From contig CAXXUA010000005.1 of assembly GCA_963663765.2 (NCBI GenBank), positions 960,001-1,024,000 on the forward strand: 64,000 nucleotides of DNA, in the 5' to 3' direction. A program made the position numbers and the translations under genes. Below the pieces are notes generated by a model that worked only from the letters and a program-made list of their open reading frames with translations, had not been told where the DNA came from and ran no database searches. This document shows, piece by piece, positions 28,598 through 37,972 of this stretch; position 1 is the first letter of the stretch; every line of letters begins with the position of its first letter. This stretch comes from Candidatus Poribacteria bacterium (GTDB taxonomy: Bacteria; Poribacteria; WGA-4E; WGA-3G).

Positions 28598-29650
28598 CTA
28601 CCTTATATCAGGTGGAATATAACGATTTCCATACATCAAAATAATTTTCTGATGAATAAAGTTGTATTTTGCCATATTACAGGTGCGTAGTTTATCTGGA
28701 TATACAAGATAATATCCCAGACTTTCTGCCATATCTTCATTTGGATTATGCATAAAAGCATAGTCTGTTACGAATTCTGATCGCTTTTTATTAGTTGACC
28801 ATCCATGATCACTCTCTACATTTCTATGCCATCCTCCAAGTTTTATCCATTCATTTTTTAGATGAGTTGGAAATAGATGAGACCATAAGAAATGTGCCTT
28901 TTCATGAGCTAACAACCTCTTGATTTGACTGGCATGACCATTATCAAGAAAAGATGTTTTAAATTCAATAAAACCACTGCTTGTCCATGCTTTCGCTGCA
29001 GCACCCCCTCCTAATTCCTCATCTCTACTAACAATATGCTTTAATTGTGGAAACTTGTGCAGTACTTTCGGGAATGCCTCAAGTATTGAGATAAAAGTCA
29101 TTAAGTCTTCGTTATCAATCTCACTAAAGCCTTTTGGAGATACATTTGCTGCAGCATAAGTAGGCATTAGAATATAATCTTTTACATCTTCAGTCACATC
29201 TACGCTTACACCATACCTTTCCTGCAATATCCGTATTAGCGCAGGTCTGTTCGTCCCATGTTCTGATATGAATTGCACGACAGCCTTAAACAAACGTTTG
29301 TCAGATGGCAATGCCTGCTCAGACTCGTCAACCTGAAATACATCTCTGCTAATGGTAACAGATTTCATACCCGCTTGCGTTTCTATTTTAATGTCATTGC
29401 CTAAATCCTCATTGCTTATTTTCCACACTGAGTGCTGGGTAGGTTGGTCTGGTGATATGGAATTAAATATTTTCAACAACTTTTGTGCTTGTTCTGTTGT
29501 CCACGTAGCGTCTAAACGCACATAGTGGCTATCTCCAAGTTGTGAAATAGGATCATCTTTCTTTGGCTCATATTGCAGATATGATAGACAACCAACTTGA
29601 GAAATAATAATAACGGCAAAAAGAATGTTCTTTACAATTCCTTTTTTCAT
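28598..29650 (-). CDS. Putative zinc metallopeptidase lipoprotein (paralog A)
   Basis: Lipobox-like VGC; HEKAH and downstream NEDMAES. Confidence 0.75.
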   Translation of the reverse strand: MKKGIVKNILFAVIIISQVGCLSYLQYEPKKDDPISQLGDSHYVRLDATWTTEQAQKLLKIFNSISPDQPTQHSVWKISNEDLGNDIKIETQAGMKSVTISRDVFQVDESEQALPSDKRLFKAVVQFISEHGTNRPALIRILQERYGVSVDVTEDVKDYILMPTYAAANVSPKGFSEIDNEDLMTFISILEAFPKVLHKFPQLKHIVSRDEELGGGAAAKAWTSSGFIEFKTSFLDNGHASQIKRLLAHEKAHFLWSHLFPTHLKNEWIKLGGWHRNVESDHGWSTNKKRSEFVTDYAFMHNPNEDMAESLGYYLVYPDKLRTCNMAKYNFIHQKIILMYGNRYIPPDIR

Positions 29651-29878
29651 GGGTGACTCCTTTTCCAAGCCGTAGTTGGAAGTGATCTACTGATAATCTT
29701 TGCAGTTAGGACAGAACTTCTGTAATCATTAACTTCAAGTAGAGAAGCATCTGATCAACGGTTAACGGTTGGTCTGTTGCAGACTCGCACACTCTCCCTA
29801 AAGCAAAATCAGCATTTCACCGTTATACATAGTGTTTCTTATTGTGTATCTTATTTTTTCCTTGTTTATTATAGTATA

Positions 29879-30580
29879 CTATAGTTTGGACAATTTTCAT
29901 CTTGTAGAAGTTGATTATTCAACAGAACGTCTATTTTTCTACGAGTTTCGTATATGCGTGAAACTGGAGTAAATGCTGCACTCCAACGGAGTGCCATGTT
30001 TATAGAAGACGGAATATCCGCATTCTTGCTCTCCAGCGGAGTTGTTAGTTGACAATTTGGCTAAAAACATATTGCTCCGCTGGAGCAAAGAGGGATTCCG
30101 TTTTGTTCGTTTTTCGTGATTTAACGAGTTGTGCTAAATAACTATATGTTAATCATTGTTTCACATAAGCATGACGTTTTGCAGGTGTCCTTCATAGTTT
30201 GAAACGATCTTCAGTCCCGACAAATGCCATACGCGCATTTGGCGTTGATTTGGTAGGGACGATATGTTTATAGAAAAACGTCATAGTACATCATCTTTAG
30301 TCCCGTAGGGACGAAATGTGCGCATTATAAACCTAATATATGCAGGACTTACGCACCCAACGGTAGGCGTGCTTTGTAAGCGCGCCGGAAACCTGTAAAA
30401 ATGCTGATAATTACATCATTTTCATCATAATTCATGATTAAATCAAGAAACTGTGTAAGTCCTGATATGTAAAAACTTTGAAAACAATGGGTTAACTGGC
30501 ACAAGTCGTTGATTTAGTAACATAAGCGGTGAACCGATTTCTTATCAACTCATGTTTGGAAAAAACTGTCCAAACTATAG
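29879..30580. mobile_element. MITE with CTATAGTTTGGACA TIRs (copy 1), carrying nested repeats
   Basis: Perfect inverted repeat TATACTATAGTTTGGACA (29875) / TGTCCAAACTATAGTATA (30567-30584); shares internal blocks with 34634..34975. Confidence 0.8.
30343..30464. mobile_element. Nested MITE with CAGGACTTAC(G/A)CA TIRs and 5-bp TSD
   Basis: CAGGACTTACGCA...TGTGTAAGTCCTG flanked by ATATG at 30338-30342 and 30465-30469. Confidence 0.8.
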
Positions 30581-30587
30581 TATAGAT

Positions 30588-30810
30588 CCTACACTCCGCA
30601 CTTGTTTTAATACATTTTTATAATATTGGGATAAACCCGTATCACACAAGGATTCGCACAAAATAATGGTGATTTTGAGTTCTATATTTTGAGACAAAAC
30701 CGAACTTGTTATTTTATCATTTTAAATTGAAATTGTTTGCTAAATATAGTCTCCACGCGGGTTTATCAAATTATTATCGAAAAACGCAAATCAGAAGTGC
30801 GGAGTGTCGG
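30588..30810. mobile_element. MITE with CC(T/G)ACACTCCGCACTT TIRs and 6-bp TSD
   Basis: CCTACACTCCGCACTT...AAGTGCGGAGTGTCGG flanked by ATAGAT at 30582-30587 and 30811-30816. Confidence 0.8.
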
Positions 30811-30951
30811 ATAGATTAGAATTAAAGAGACATTCAATGAACTTGAAACTACCACAAAATCCGTAGGGGCGGGGTTTCCCCGCCCGTTGTGATATGTCCC
30901 ATTAATTGTAAATTCAACTATAGAATACGTTAGTGCTTTTGTCAAATCAAT

Positions 30952-31983
30952 TTACCTGCTTATCAATACATCAGGTGAAATATAACGACTGCCAAACGTT
31001 AGTATTATTTTTTCATGAATAAACTTATATTTTTCCATAGAACTGGAGCGAAGTATATTAGGATACACCAGATAATACGCGACACTTTCTGCCATATCCT
31101 CGTTGGGATTCCTTTGATATGCGTAATCTGATACAAATTTACTGCGGTCATTCGTTGTTGACCATCCAAATGGGGCATCTGGGTCTTCATGCCATCCACC
31201 CAGTTTAATCCATTCCTGTTGTAGTTGTTCTGAGAAAAGATGCGTCCATAAAAAATGTGTCTTTTCGTGTGCAATGAGTCGGCGAACATCATCTACATTT
31301 GATAAGCCAAAAATAAATTCGGCAAACTCAATATAACCCCTTTGTTCCCATGAAAACGCTGGCGGTCTGATGTTACTGTCAATTCTACGAATGAAATATT
31401 TTAACTGTGGAATTTTGTGTAAGGCTTTAGGGAATTCCTCAAGTATTGATATAAAGAGCATGAGATCTTTGTTCTCAAATTCTGAATAGTGTTGGGCTGT
31501 CTCATTTGTCGTGTATTGTGTCAATATATCATAAGAAGGTATGTCTACACTAATGCCATATCTTTCCTTCATTATCAGTTTGAGTGCCTCTCTGTTTGTA
31601 CCATTCTCCGTCATGAAATGAACGAATGCATAAAAAAGTCGTTTTTCTATTGTCGAACTGTTTTGCGTTCCATCTATTGTAAATACATCCCTACTCAAAG
31701 TGACGGAAGCTTGTCCTGTTTGAAATTCAATTTTAATTTCATTTTGTAATTCATCACTGATGTTCCATATAGATATAGGGGTATTTAAAGTTGGTGCTAT
31801 AGATTGTAGTATTTTTAGAAGTGTCTGCGCGTGGTTTGCCGTCCAAGTAGAATCTAAACGGACAGAATAATTCTGTTCCAGTTGCAGAATAGGATCGTCT
31901 GTCTTTGTTGCAAAACGAGAGGTCGCACAACCTAATTGTAAAACAATGATTGAAAACAGAAGAAGAGAGATTGTTTTTCGCAT
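30952..31983 (-). CDS. Putative zinc metallopeptidase lipoprotein (paralog B)
   Basis: LGC lipobox; HEKTH and NEDMAES; clearly homologous to 28598..29650. Confidence 0.75.
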   Translation of the reverse strand: MRKTISLLLFSIIVLQLGCATSRFATKTDDPILQLEQNYSVRLDSTWTANHAQTLLKILQSIAPTLNTPISIWNISDELQNEIKIEFQTGQASVTLSRDVFTIDGTQNSSTIEKRLFYAFVHFMTENGTNREALKLIMKERYGISVDIPSYDILTQYTTNETAQHYSEFENKDLMLFISILEEFPKALHKIPQLKYFIRRIDSNIRPPAFSWEQRGYIEFAEFIFGLSNVDDVRRLIAHEKTHFLWTHLFSEQLQQEWIKLGGWHEDPDAPFGWSTTNDRSKFVSDYAYQRNPNEDMAESVAYYLVYPNILRSSSMEKYKFIHEKIILTFGSRYISPDVLISR

Positions 31984-31992
31984 GATTATAAT

Positions 31993-34440
31993 TTACTCTT
32001 TTGTGCCGCGTCGCAACCGAAACGGGTCGCTTTTGACGATACCTGTTATAAGCACAGAAACCTTGTAATCATTAGCCTCAAGTTGAGCAACAATACGATC
32101 CACCGTCGGTTTGTCGTAGAATTCTAAACCTCTACCTAACGCATAGATTAACATCTTTTCCGTTAAACATTGCGCAAACTGTTTTTTCCTATCTTTGAGA
32201 ATCTGCTTTAAGTCTGCAATGCCTTTGAAGGTAGTACCATCTGGGAGCTGCCCTGTTGAATCTATGTCTTGTTCCCCTTCCTTTTCACGAAACTTACCGA
32301 TAGCATCGTAGTTTTCCAACGCAAAACCGATGGGATCCATTTTTGCATGGCAGTTTGCACATGCGGGGTCTTCTCGGTGTTGTTCAAGCCGTTCCCGCAA
32401 AGTCGTTCCGGTGATAGCATCGTGATCTTCCGCCAACTCTGGTACATCTGGCGGTGGTGGCGGAGGAGGTGTACCGAGTAGCTGCTCCAAAACCCAACGT
32501 CCTCTTTTCACGGGTGAGGTGCGTGTCGGATTTGAGGTCACCGTCAGCACACTGGCTTGCGTCAGAATACCGCCACGTTTAGGGTCTTTCAATGAAACAC
32601 GTTGGAGTGTATTCCCTCTGATTGCTTCCCCATTGTCATTTTTCCAAATGCCGTAATGCCACGACAAACGCTGGTTAACAAAGGTATAGTCCGCATCAAG
32701 CAGATCCAGAATACTCCGATCTTCCCCAAAGATTGATGCTAAAAATAGTTCCGTTTCCTTTAGCATATCTGCCCGCAGTTTCGGATTGAAAGTCGGGAAG
32801 TACTTCGGGTCCGGTGCAACTGTATCTAACCGTTGGATTTGCAACCACTGTAAACCGAAATTGCTTGCCAATTCACTTGCCTTCGGATCGGCAAGCATCC
32901 GTTTAACTTGTGCTTCAAGGTTTGCTGTAAGTTCATTTTTTTCTGCGAGTTCAAGCAGTTCATCATCTGGAATGCTGCTCCACAAGAAATAGGACAAACG
33001 TGAAGCAAGTTGAAATTCGTTGATGGGCTGCGGTTCTTCGGTTTGGGGACGATCATCTAACTCTAATCGAAATAGAAACTTGGGTGAACAGAGGATAACC
33101 TTAATCGCCTGCTGAATACCGACTTCCCATTTCTCTCCATCCGCTTGCACAGATTCCACAAACTGCGTGAGTTGTTCCACTTCGTTTTCAGTCGGTGGAC
33201 GGCGATATGCTTTACGTAGCAACCGAGTCAGCACTTCACGCGTCTGGTCTATTTGTGGAATATCAGGCGTACAAACAAGTATTTTTAGGTGTGATTTTGG
33301 TCTTGTCTCTAACGGACCTTCTGACATAATTGAACGAATCTGAAGTTTAGCAGTTGGTTCTCCTGATTCAGGTTTTACATAAGCAATACCTGCTCTTTCA
33401 ATATTTGGGACGCGACTCACAAGAAACTCTATTCTCTGCAACTTTTCCGGATCACGGGCAGTAATCTCAAAAATCTTGAGTATTTTAATCTTGTTCTCTT
33501 TGGTCGTATCCACACCAACCAACCGAGAAAGTTCATCGTGAGGTGAAACATCTGTTAACACTTGTCCTTGAATGAATAGCGCAGCATGAACAGGTGTTTG
33601 GCTTTCCGTTTCGGCATAAAGAACTGCGCGGAAATATGTTTCAGCATCATCCAAGAGTTTGTGATGTGAAGCACTTGACGTAAAGGGACCGGATTTCCAA
33701 GAGTCTGTTACAGTCGGATCCAAGACGCGAAACTTTCCATCAGGGACATCTTTGTGACGCGGTTCAAGACGCATTACGTTTTGGTAGTGTTTAGAAGGTT
33801 TAGGCGGATCCACTATGATAACGCGCGTAGCAATCGCCTCAGCTGCTTCAAGATACCGTTCCATAAGCAATGGCGACATCGTCAACACATCACCAATGTT
33901 ATCAAATCCGTGTCCGACATCATCTGCGGGAAAACTCTCAGTCGGGTCAAAATCAGTCCCCAGTAAATCCCGCACGCTATTTTTATATTCTACTCTGTTG
34001 AGTCTCCGCACCGTTATACGCCCCGGATCAGGCTTTGCATTACGACTCGCCTCATCAAAAATCGCATCTACATGTTGGATAAAAGCGTCTAATTCTTCCA
34101 TTGGGGGTTGGTCGCTTTCCGCTGGCGGCATCTGGTTTGTATCCAACATCCCAAGAACTCTATCCCAGACATCGTGATCCTTAATCAATGAGATGTTGTC
34201 TTTGTATGAGTCAAGCGAAAGTCCCGCACTAGGTTGATCACCAGAATGGCACTCAAAACAGTACTGCTTTAAAAAAGGCATACCTTCTTTAGCAAAGTCA
34301 GCACCGCCTTTTTCAGCGATGCTGAGCGTAAAAGAGATGAACCCCAACAAGATTAACAAAAAAATGGAAAGGGATATGAACCGTAGATTAAGTAATGATT
34401 GTATTCTCAAAAGAGAGGATTGCCGTTTTTGTCGTATCAT
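31993..34440 (-). CDS. DUF1592/DUF1587/DUF1588-type protein with cytochrome c motifs (planctomycete PSD/PSCyt family)
   Basis: CFECH and CANCH; RRLNRVEY, GFDNIG, LASRLSYFLWSSIPD, RTSPVKRG. Confidence 0.9.
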   Translation of the reverse strand: MIRQKRQSSLLRIQSLLNLRFISLSIFLLILLGFISFTLSIAEKGGADFAKEGMPFLKQYCFECHSGDQPSAGLSLDSYKDNISLIKDHDVWDRVLGMLDTNQMPPAESDQPPMEELDAFIQHVDAIFDEASRNAKPDPGRITVRRLNRVEYKNSVRDLLGTDFDPTESFPADDVGHGFDNIGDVLTMSPLLMERYLEAAEAIATRVIIVDPPKPSKHYQNVMRLEPRHKDVPDGKFRVLDPTVTDSWKSGPFTSSASHHKLLDDAETYFRAVLYAETESQTPVHAALFIQGQVLTDVSPHDELSRLVGVDTTKENKIKILKIFEITARDPEKLQRIEFLVSRVPNIERAGIAYVKPESGEPTAKLQIRSIMSEGPLETRPKSHLKILVCTPDIPQIDQTREVLTRLLRKAYRRPPTENEVEQLTQFVESVQADGEKWEVGIQQAIKVILCSPKFLFRLELDDRPQTEEPQPINEFQLASRLSYFLWSSIPDDELLELAEKNELTANLEAQVKRMLADPKASELASNFGLQWLQIQRLDTVAPDPKYFPTFNPKLRADMLKETELFLASIFGEDRSILDLLDADYTFVNQRLSWHYGIWKNDNGEAIRGNTLQRVSLKDPKRGGILTQASVLTVTSNPTRTSPVKRGRWVLEQLLGTPPPPPPPDVPELAEDHDAITGTTLRERLEQHREDPACANCHAKMDPIGFALENYDAIGKFREKEGEQDIDSTGQLPDGTTFKGIADLKQILKDRKKQFAQCLTEKMLIYALGRGLEFYDKPTVDRIVAQLEANDYKVSVLITGIVKSDPFRLRRGTKE

Positions 34441-34633
34441 AAATGAATTGAATCGTTTACCTTTTGTAGTGTTTTCAGTTATATTTATAATACCCTAAAA
34501 TTGTATGCTTTGTCAAAAAATAGCGTAGTAGATCGGGTAGCGCGAAACGAAACTCCATAACTGTCAACTTAAGAAAACAGTGTTGTCCTTTCTCTTGTAG
34601 GAGGGTTTTGTAACCCCATAGGTGTAAACTTAA

Positions 34634-34975
34634 CTATAGTTTGGACATATTCCGTTTGTTGCAAGTTGGTTTTCAAAGGAGTTTCTATTTTTCTACGAGT
34701 TTCTCATATTTGAGAAACTGGAGAAAATACCGTACTCCAGCGGAGTGCAATGTTTATAGAAAGTGGTATCCCCCATTCTTGCACTCCAGCGGAGTGCAAT
34801 GTGTTGGAACCCACATACCGCTCCGCTGGAGCGGGGTTGTTAGTTGACAATTTGGCTATAAACATATTGCTCCGCTGGAGCAAAGAGGGATTCTGTTTTC
34901 TTCGTTGTGTTTTGATTTGGTAACATAAGCGGTGAATCAATTTATTATCAACTCATGTTTGGAAAAAACTTATAG
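34634..34975. mobile_element. MITE with CTATAGTTTGGACA left TIR (copy 2) and 9-bp TSD, inserted in another MITE end
   Basis: TAAACTTAA at 34625-34633 and 34976-34984; homologous to 29879..30580; right TIR partly deleted. Confidence 0.75.
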
Positions 34976-35174
34976 TAAACTTAAGGACAAACTTTCTTGT
35001 GGGAGGTGTTATTAACCCTGATTCTTACTTGGTAGGAGCGACCCGGGGAATGCCATAATGAAGATTAAAAATACTTTGGGTAATTCTACTAATACAGCCA
35101 CGGTAGGTGGGTAATACTATTTAGGCATTCCCCACCTACCGTTGGATGTGTTAGTCTTGTAATAATATGTTTTA

Positions 35175-35957
35175 CTATAATTGGCTTTTGAGTTTCCCCC
35201 ACGAAGTTGCTAACTTATCATTAGGTGAAACAGAAAGCACACCTTCTATACCAACGTTCACCAAATGCTGTATCTCTTGCTGTGAACGCACTACATTAGA
35301 GATGCGTACCTCATCTATATTCCCATCTAAAAACGGGTTAGAGCCGCGACCAAGCCAAACCGTTCTATCATTCGGTACAATATCACCACCAATATTGCGT
35401 TCACTGTCCAATTCTCCATCAAGGTATAACTTAGCATCACCAGTCGTCGCATCGTAAGTACCTGCTATATGAATCCAAGTACTAAGCGGCAACGGTTTTT
35501 CACCAATTAAAGTCGCAGTCACCCAATCATTGGTAGTAGTCGTCATACGTAGTATAGATCTTTCATTACTTCTCGGTCCTATTTTATAGGAACTCTCTTT
35601 TGTAACACCGGTAGCCCCAGCTGATGAATGGGCATTTAGATAAACCCACATCTCAATTGTGAGTTTGGTAACAAGATCAAGATTATCACTATCAGGAATA
35701 TCAACGAAATCTCTTGGTCCGTTTCCGCCAAAAACAAGCCCGCCTCCAAGTTTTCCTTCATCCCAATCCGCACTTCCCATGAGTATACCATCGTTTCCGT
35801 ATATAGATAAGTCTTTGACAACATCGCCATCACCGGACTCAAATGTATACAATAGCACAGTGTTTTCATCTTGTGCATAAATAGTTTGAGGCAAAATAGA
35901 CACCATAAATACAAAAAATATCATAAAGTATCCAAAACGTAATAAATTTACCATCAT
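35175..35957 (-). CDS. Secreted LamG/concanavalin-like jelly-roll protein with Poribacteria C-terminal motif
   Basis: LTIEMWV, WIHIAGTYD, LYLDG, GNIDEVRIS; ends VSPNDKLATSWGKLK. Confidence 0.85.
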   Translation of the reverse strand: MMVNLLRFGYFMIFFVFMVSILPQTIYAQDENTVLLYTFESGDGDVVKDLSIYGNDGILMGSADWDEGKLGGGLVFGGNGPRDFVDIPDSDNLDLVTKLTIEMWVYLNAHSSAGATGVTKESSYKIGPRSNERSILRMTTTTNDWVTATLIGEKPLPLSTWIHIAGTYDATTGDAKLYLDGELDSERNIGGDIVPNDRTVWLGRGSNPFLDGNIDEVRISNVVRSQQEIQHLVNVGIEGVLSVSPNDKLATSWGKLKSQL

Positions 35958-36180
35958 AGTACTACTCCTATTGTTGTTTCAATTTCAAATAATCGTTACT
36001 AAAACACGAGTTGTAGTCAAGTTTTGTCAACACGTTAACTTCTAAGATATTTGATCTATATTAGACATTTTTTGGAATTATTGGAACAATGACAAAATTG
36101 CGTTCGTTCAAAAAAGTTATAATATCCACAAGAATATATGGGATGTCAAAAATGGTAGAAGGGCAAATACCTAAAAAATG

Positions 36181-36524
36181 GCTTGAGTTGAGAATAAGCC
36201 GGATTCTGTATGTGATGATCATTCATCTGGGATCAATATTTCCATTGACCTCAAGCGGTTACCTGGGGACGAGGCGAGCACACCTCTAAATATCCCCTTT
36301 TTACCTTGCTCCAGATGGGGTTTACCAAGCTCCATAAGTCACCTTATGGACTGGTGCGCTTTTACCGCACCGTTTCACCTGTACAACGTATCAACGTTGT
36401 AGTCTGCTTTCTGTTGCACTTTCCATAGCGTCGCCACTCCTGGGGGTTACCCAGCATCCTGCTCTGCGGAGTCCGGACTTTCCTCATCCCGAAGACGAGA
36501 CGCGACCACCTACTCAACTCAAGC
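36181..36524 (-). ncRNA. rnpB: RNase P RNA (bacterial type A)
   Basis: Minus strand has GAGGAAAGTCCGGACTCC, GGAAAGTGCAACAGAAA, GGTAAACCCC, GGAGCAAG, ACAGAATCCGGCTTA; P1 GCTTGAGTTGAG/CTCAACTCAAGC. Confidence 0.96.
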
Positions 36525-36612
36525 ACTCCTTTTAGGTTACCATATTTTTACCCGAAGCAGCAATATAAATTGAAAATGATAGGAATTGCATTAAAAAAGT
36601 TATGTAATTATT

Positions 36613-37302
36613 TTACTCTGTTCTTTCTGGTTGGGTAGGTGTTAAGGTTGAATTTTGCAACATCTCTCCGTTTTCATTCCATTCAGTCCACAAGCCGTCT
36701 TCCTTGCCGTTTTTGTAGGAACCTTCTCTCTGCTTTTGTCCATTTGCATGCCATAGTGTCCACAAACCGTCCTTCTTACCGATCTGATATTGACCATCAC
36801 TTCGTTTTTGACCGTTCTCATACCATTCAATCCACAAGCCGTCTAAGTTGCCATTCTTGTATGTTACCTCACTTCGTTTTTGTCCGTTCTCATAATATTC
36901 AATGCCTACACCGTGCAACTTCCCATCTTTGAATGTGACTTTTTCTGAGGTTTGTCCGCTTGCGTGCCAAGTGATAAAGGTGCCATTCGGTTCACCACGT
37001 TGAAACTGCTGAAGGCTACGGTCCCGTTTGACCCAACCTGTATACGGCTTTTCCTGATTAGGGGCATAGTGTAATTCTTCACCCGCCGCTGACTGACGAG
37101 ATTGTAAACTATTCTCATCTATGGCATCCATAAGGATTTTCTCACGCACTTTTGGATCATCCAAATTAGGTTCCCCGCACCCTATGAGCAAGCTGATAGC
37201 AAAAAATAGAACATAGGCAAATATAAACCCCTTGGTTACACGTGCAGCGTCTATTAGTGTTCTGGTTATATATCCTTTTGAAATTAAACTCAGTTCAGCC
37301 AC
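36613..37302 (-). CDS. MORN-variant repeat (YwqK-like) lipoprotein
   Basis: IGC lipobox; repeats W/Y-YENGQKRSE..YKNG..DGLW. Confidence 0.8.
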   Translation of the reverse strand: MAELSLISKGYITRTLIDAARVTKGFIFAYVLFFAISLLIGCGEPNLDDPKVREKILMDAIDENSLQSRQSAAGEELHYAPNQEKPYTGWVKRDRSLQQFQRGEPNGTFITWHASGQTSEKVTFKDGKLHGVGIEYYENGQKRSEVTYKNGNLDGLWIEWYENGQKRSDGQYQIGKKDGLWTLWHANGQKQREGSYKNGKEDGLWTEWNENGEMLQNSTLTPTQPERTE

Positions 37303-37441
37303 TAACCATTACCTCCTCAATAAGGATTTGTTGATATGCCGCTCAGGTTTCTTGTGTATAACAATCGTAAAGTGGTACCACAAGTTACCATAACAATATA
37401 ACAGATTTCGCATTTATTTTCAATCAATTAGCATAGGTATG

Positions 37442-37563
37442 CGGGGTTGTTCAGTTTTCCTAATTTTTGGATTTTTCAAAAAAGAAACCCCGCGGTAGGA
37501 GCGACCTCCCGGTCGCGATTTTCTCTCAAAAATGTGAAAAATGGTTAAAACTGAATGACCCTG
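37442..37563. mobile_element. ISAs1-like MITE with 10-bp TSD
   Basis: CGGGGTTGTTCAGTTTT...AAAACTGAATGACCCTG flanked by CATAGGTATG (37432-37441, 37564-37573); contains REP GTAGGAGCGACCTCCCGGTCGCGA. Confidence 0.75.
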
Positions 37564-37573
37564 CATAGGTATG

Positions 37574-37853
37574 CAGGGTCATTCAGTTTTCAATTTATTG
37601 AGTAAATTCTATCACCGTCGTTAATCCTTGAGTTAGCTTATTCTTGTGGAGTTAACTCATTCTTTGTCTGAACCAAGATTTTCAGGATTAGTAGATTTTC
37701 AGGATTTACCTCGTCAAGGGTTTTTGATATGCGTTTATGCTCTATTTTGGAATAGGATCTGATGAGAAAAATCTTGGTAATCTGCTAATCCCGGGGAATG
37801 CCATAAGGCATTCATACCGTTGATTTCTTGATTTGAAAATCCTAGTTCAGACA
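37574..37853. repeat. ~240-bp dispersed repeat (copy 2) with a 43-bp insertion
   Basis: Aligns to 14306..14547; starts with CAGGGTCATTCAGTTTT; extra segment at 37793..37835. Confidence 0.85.
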
Positions 37854-37911
37854 AGTAACAAATACTTTACACACTCCAATTAATTATATGCTTTACAAAA
37901 GAAAGACGCGC

Positions 37912-37940
37912 TTGCAAATTCTGACCTTTTAGGATATACT
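37912..37940 (+). promoter_or_regulatory. sigma70-type promoter
   Basis: TTGCAA-17 nt-TATACT. Confidence 0.55.
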
Positions 37941-37972
37941 TAAATAATAATCAACTCTGTAGGATTAAAATA

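Noticed and set aside
29669-29870. Possible riboswitch upstream of peptidase paralog A
   Set aside because: Only small hairpins (e.g. GTCTG-caa-CAGAC); no match to any riboswitch consensus I can recognise.
34641-34940. Short ORFs inside the MITE (also 14470..14844, 20640..20882)
   Set aside because: They lie in non-coding repeats or overlap real genes and show no transposase motifs.
36089-36289. 66-aa ORF
   Set aside because: It overlaps rnpB on the opposite strand and has no coding features.
36613-37302. YwqK as the antitoxin of a toxin-antitoxin pair
   Set aside because: No adjacent toxin; it looks like a generic MORN-repeat lipoprotein.
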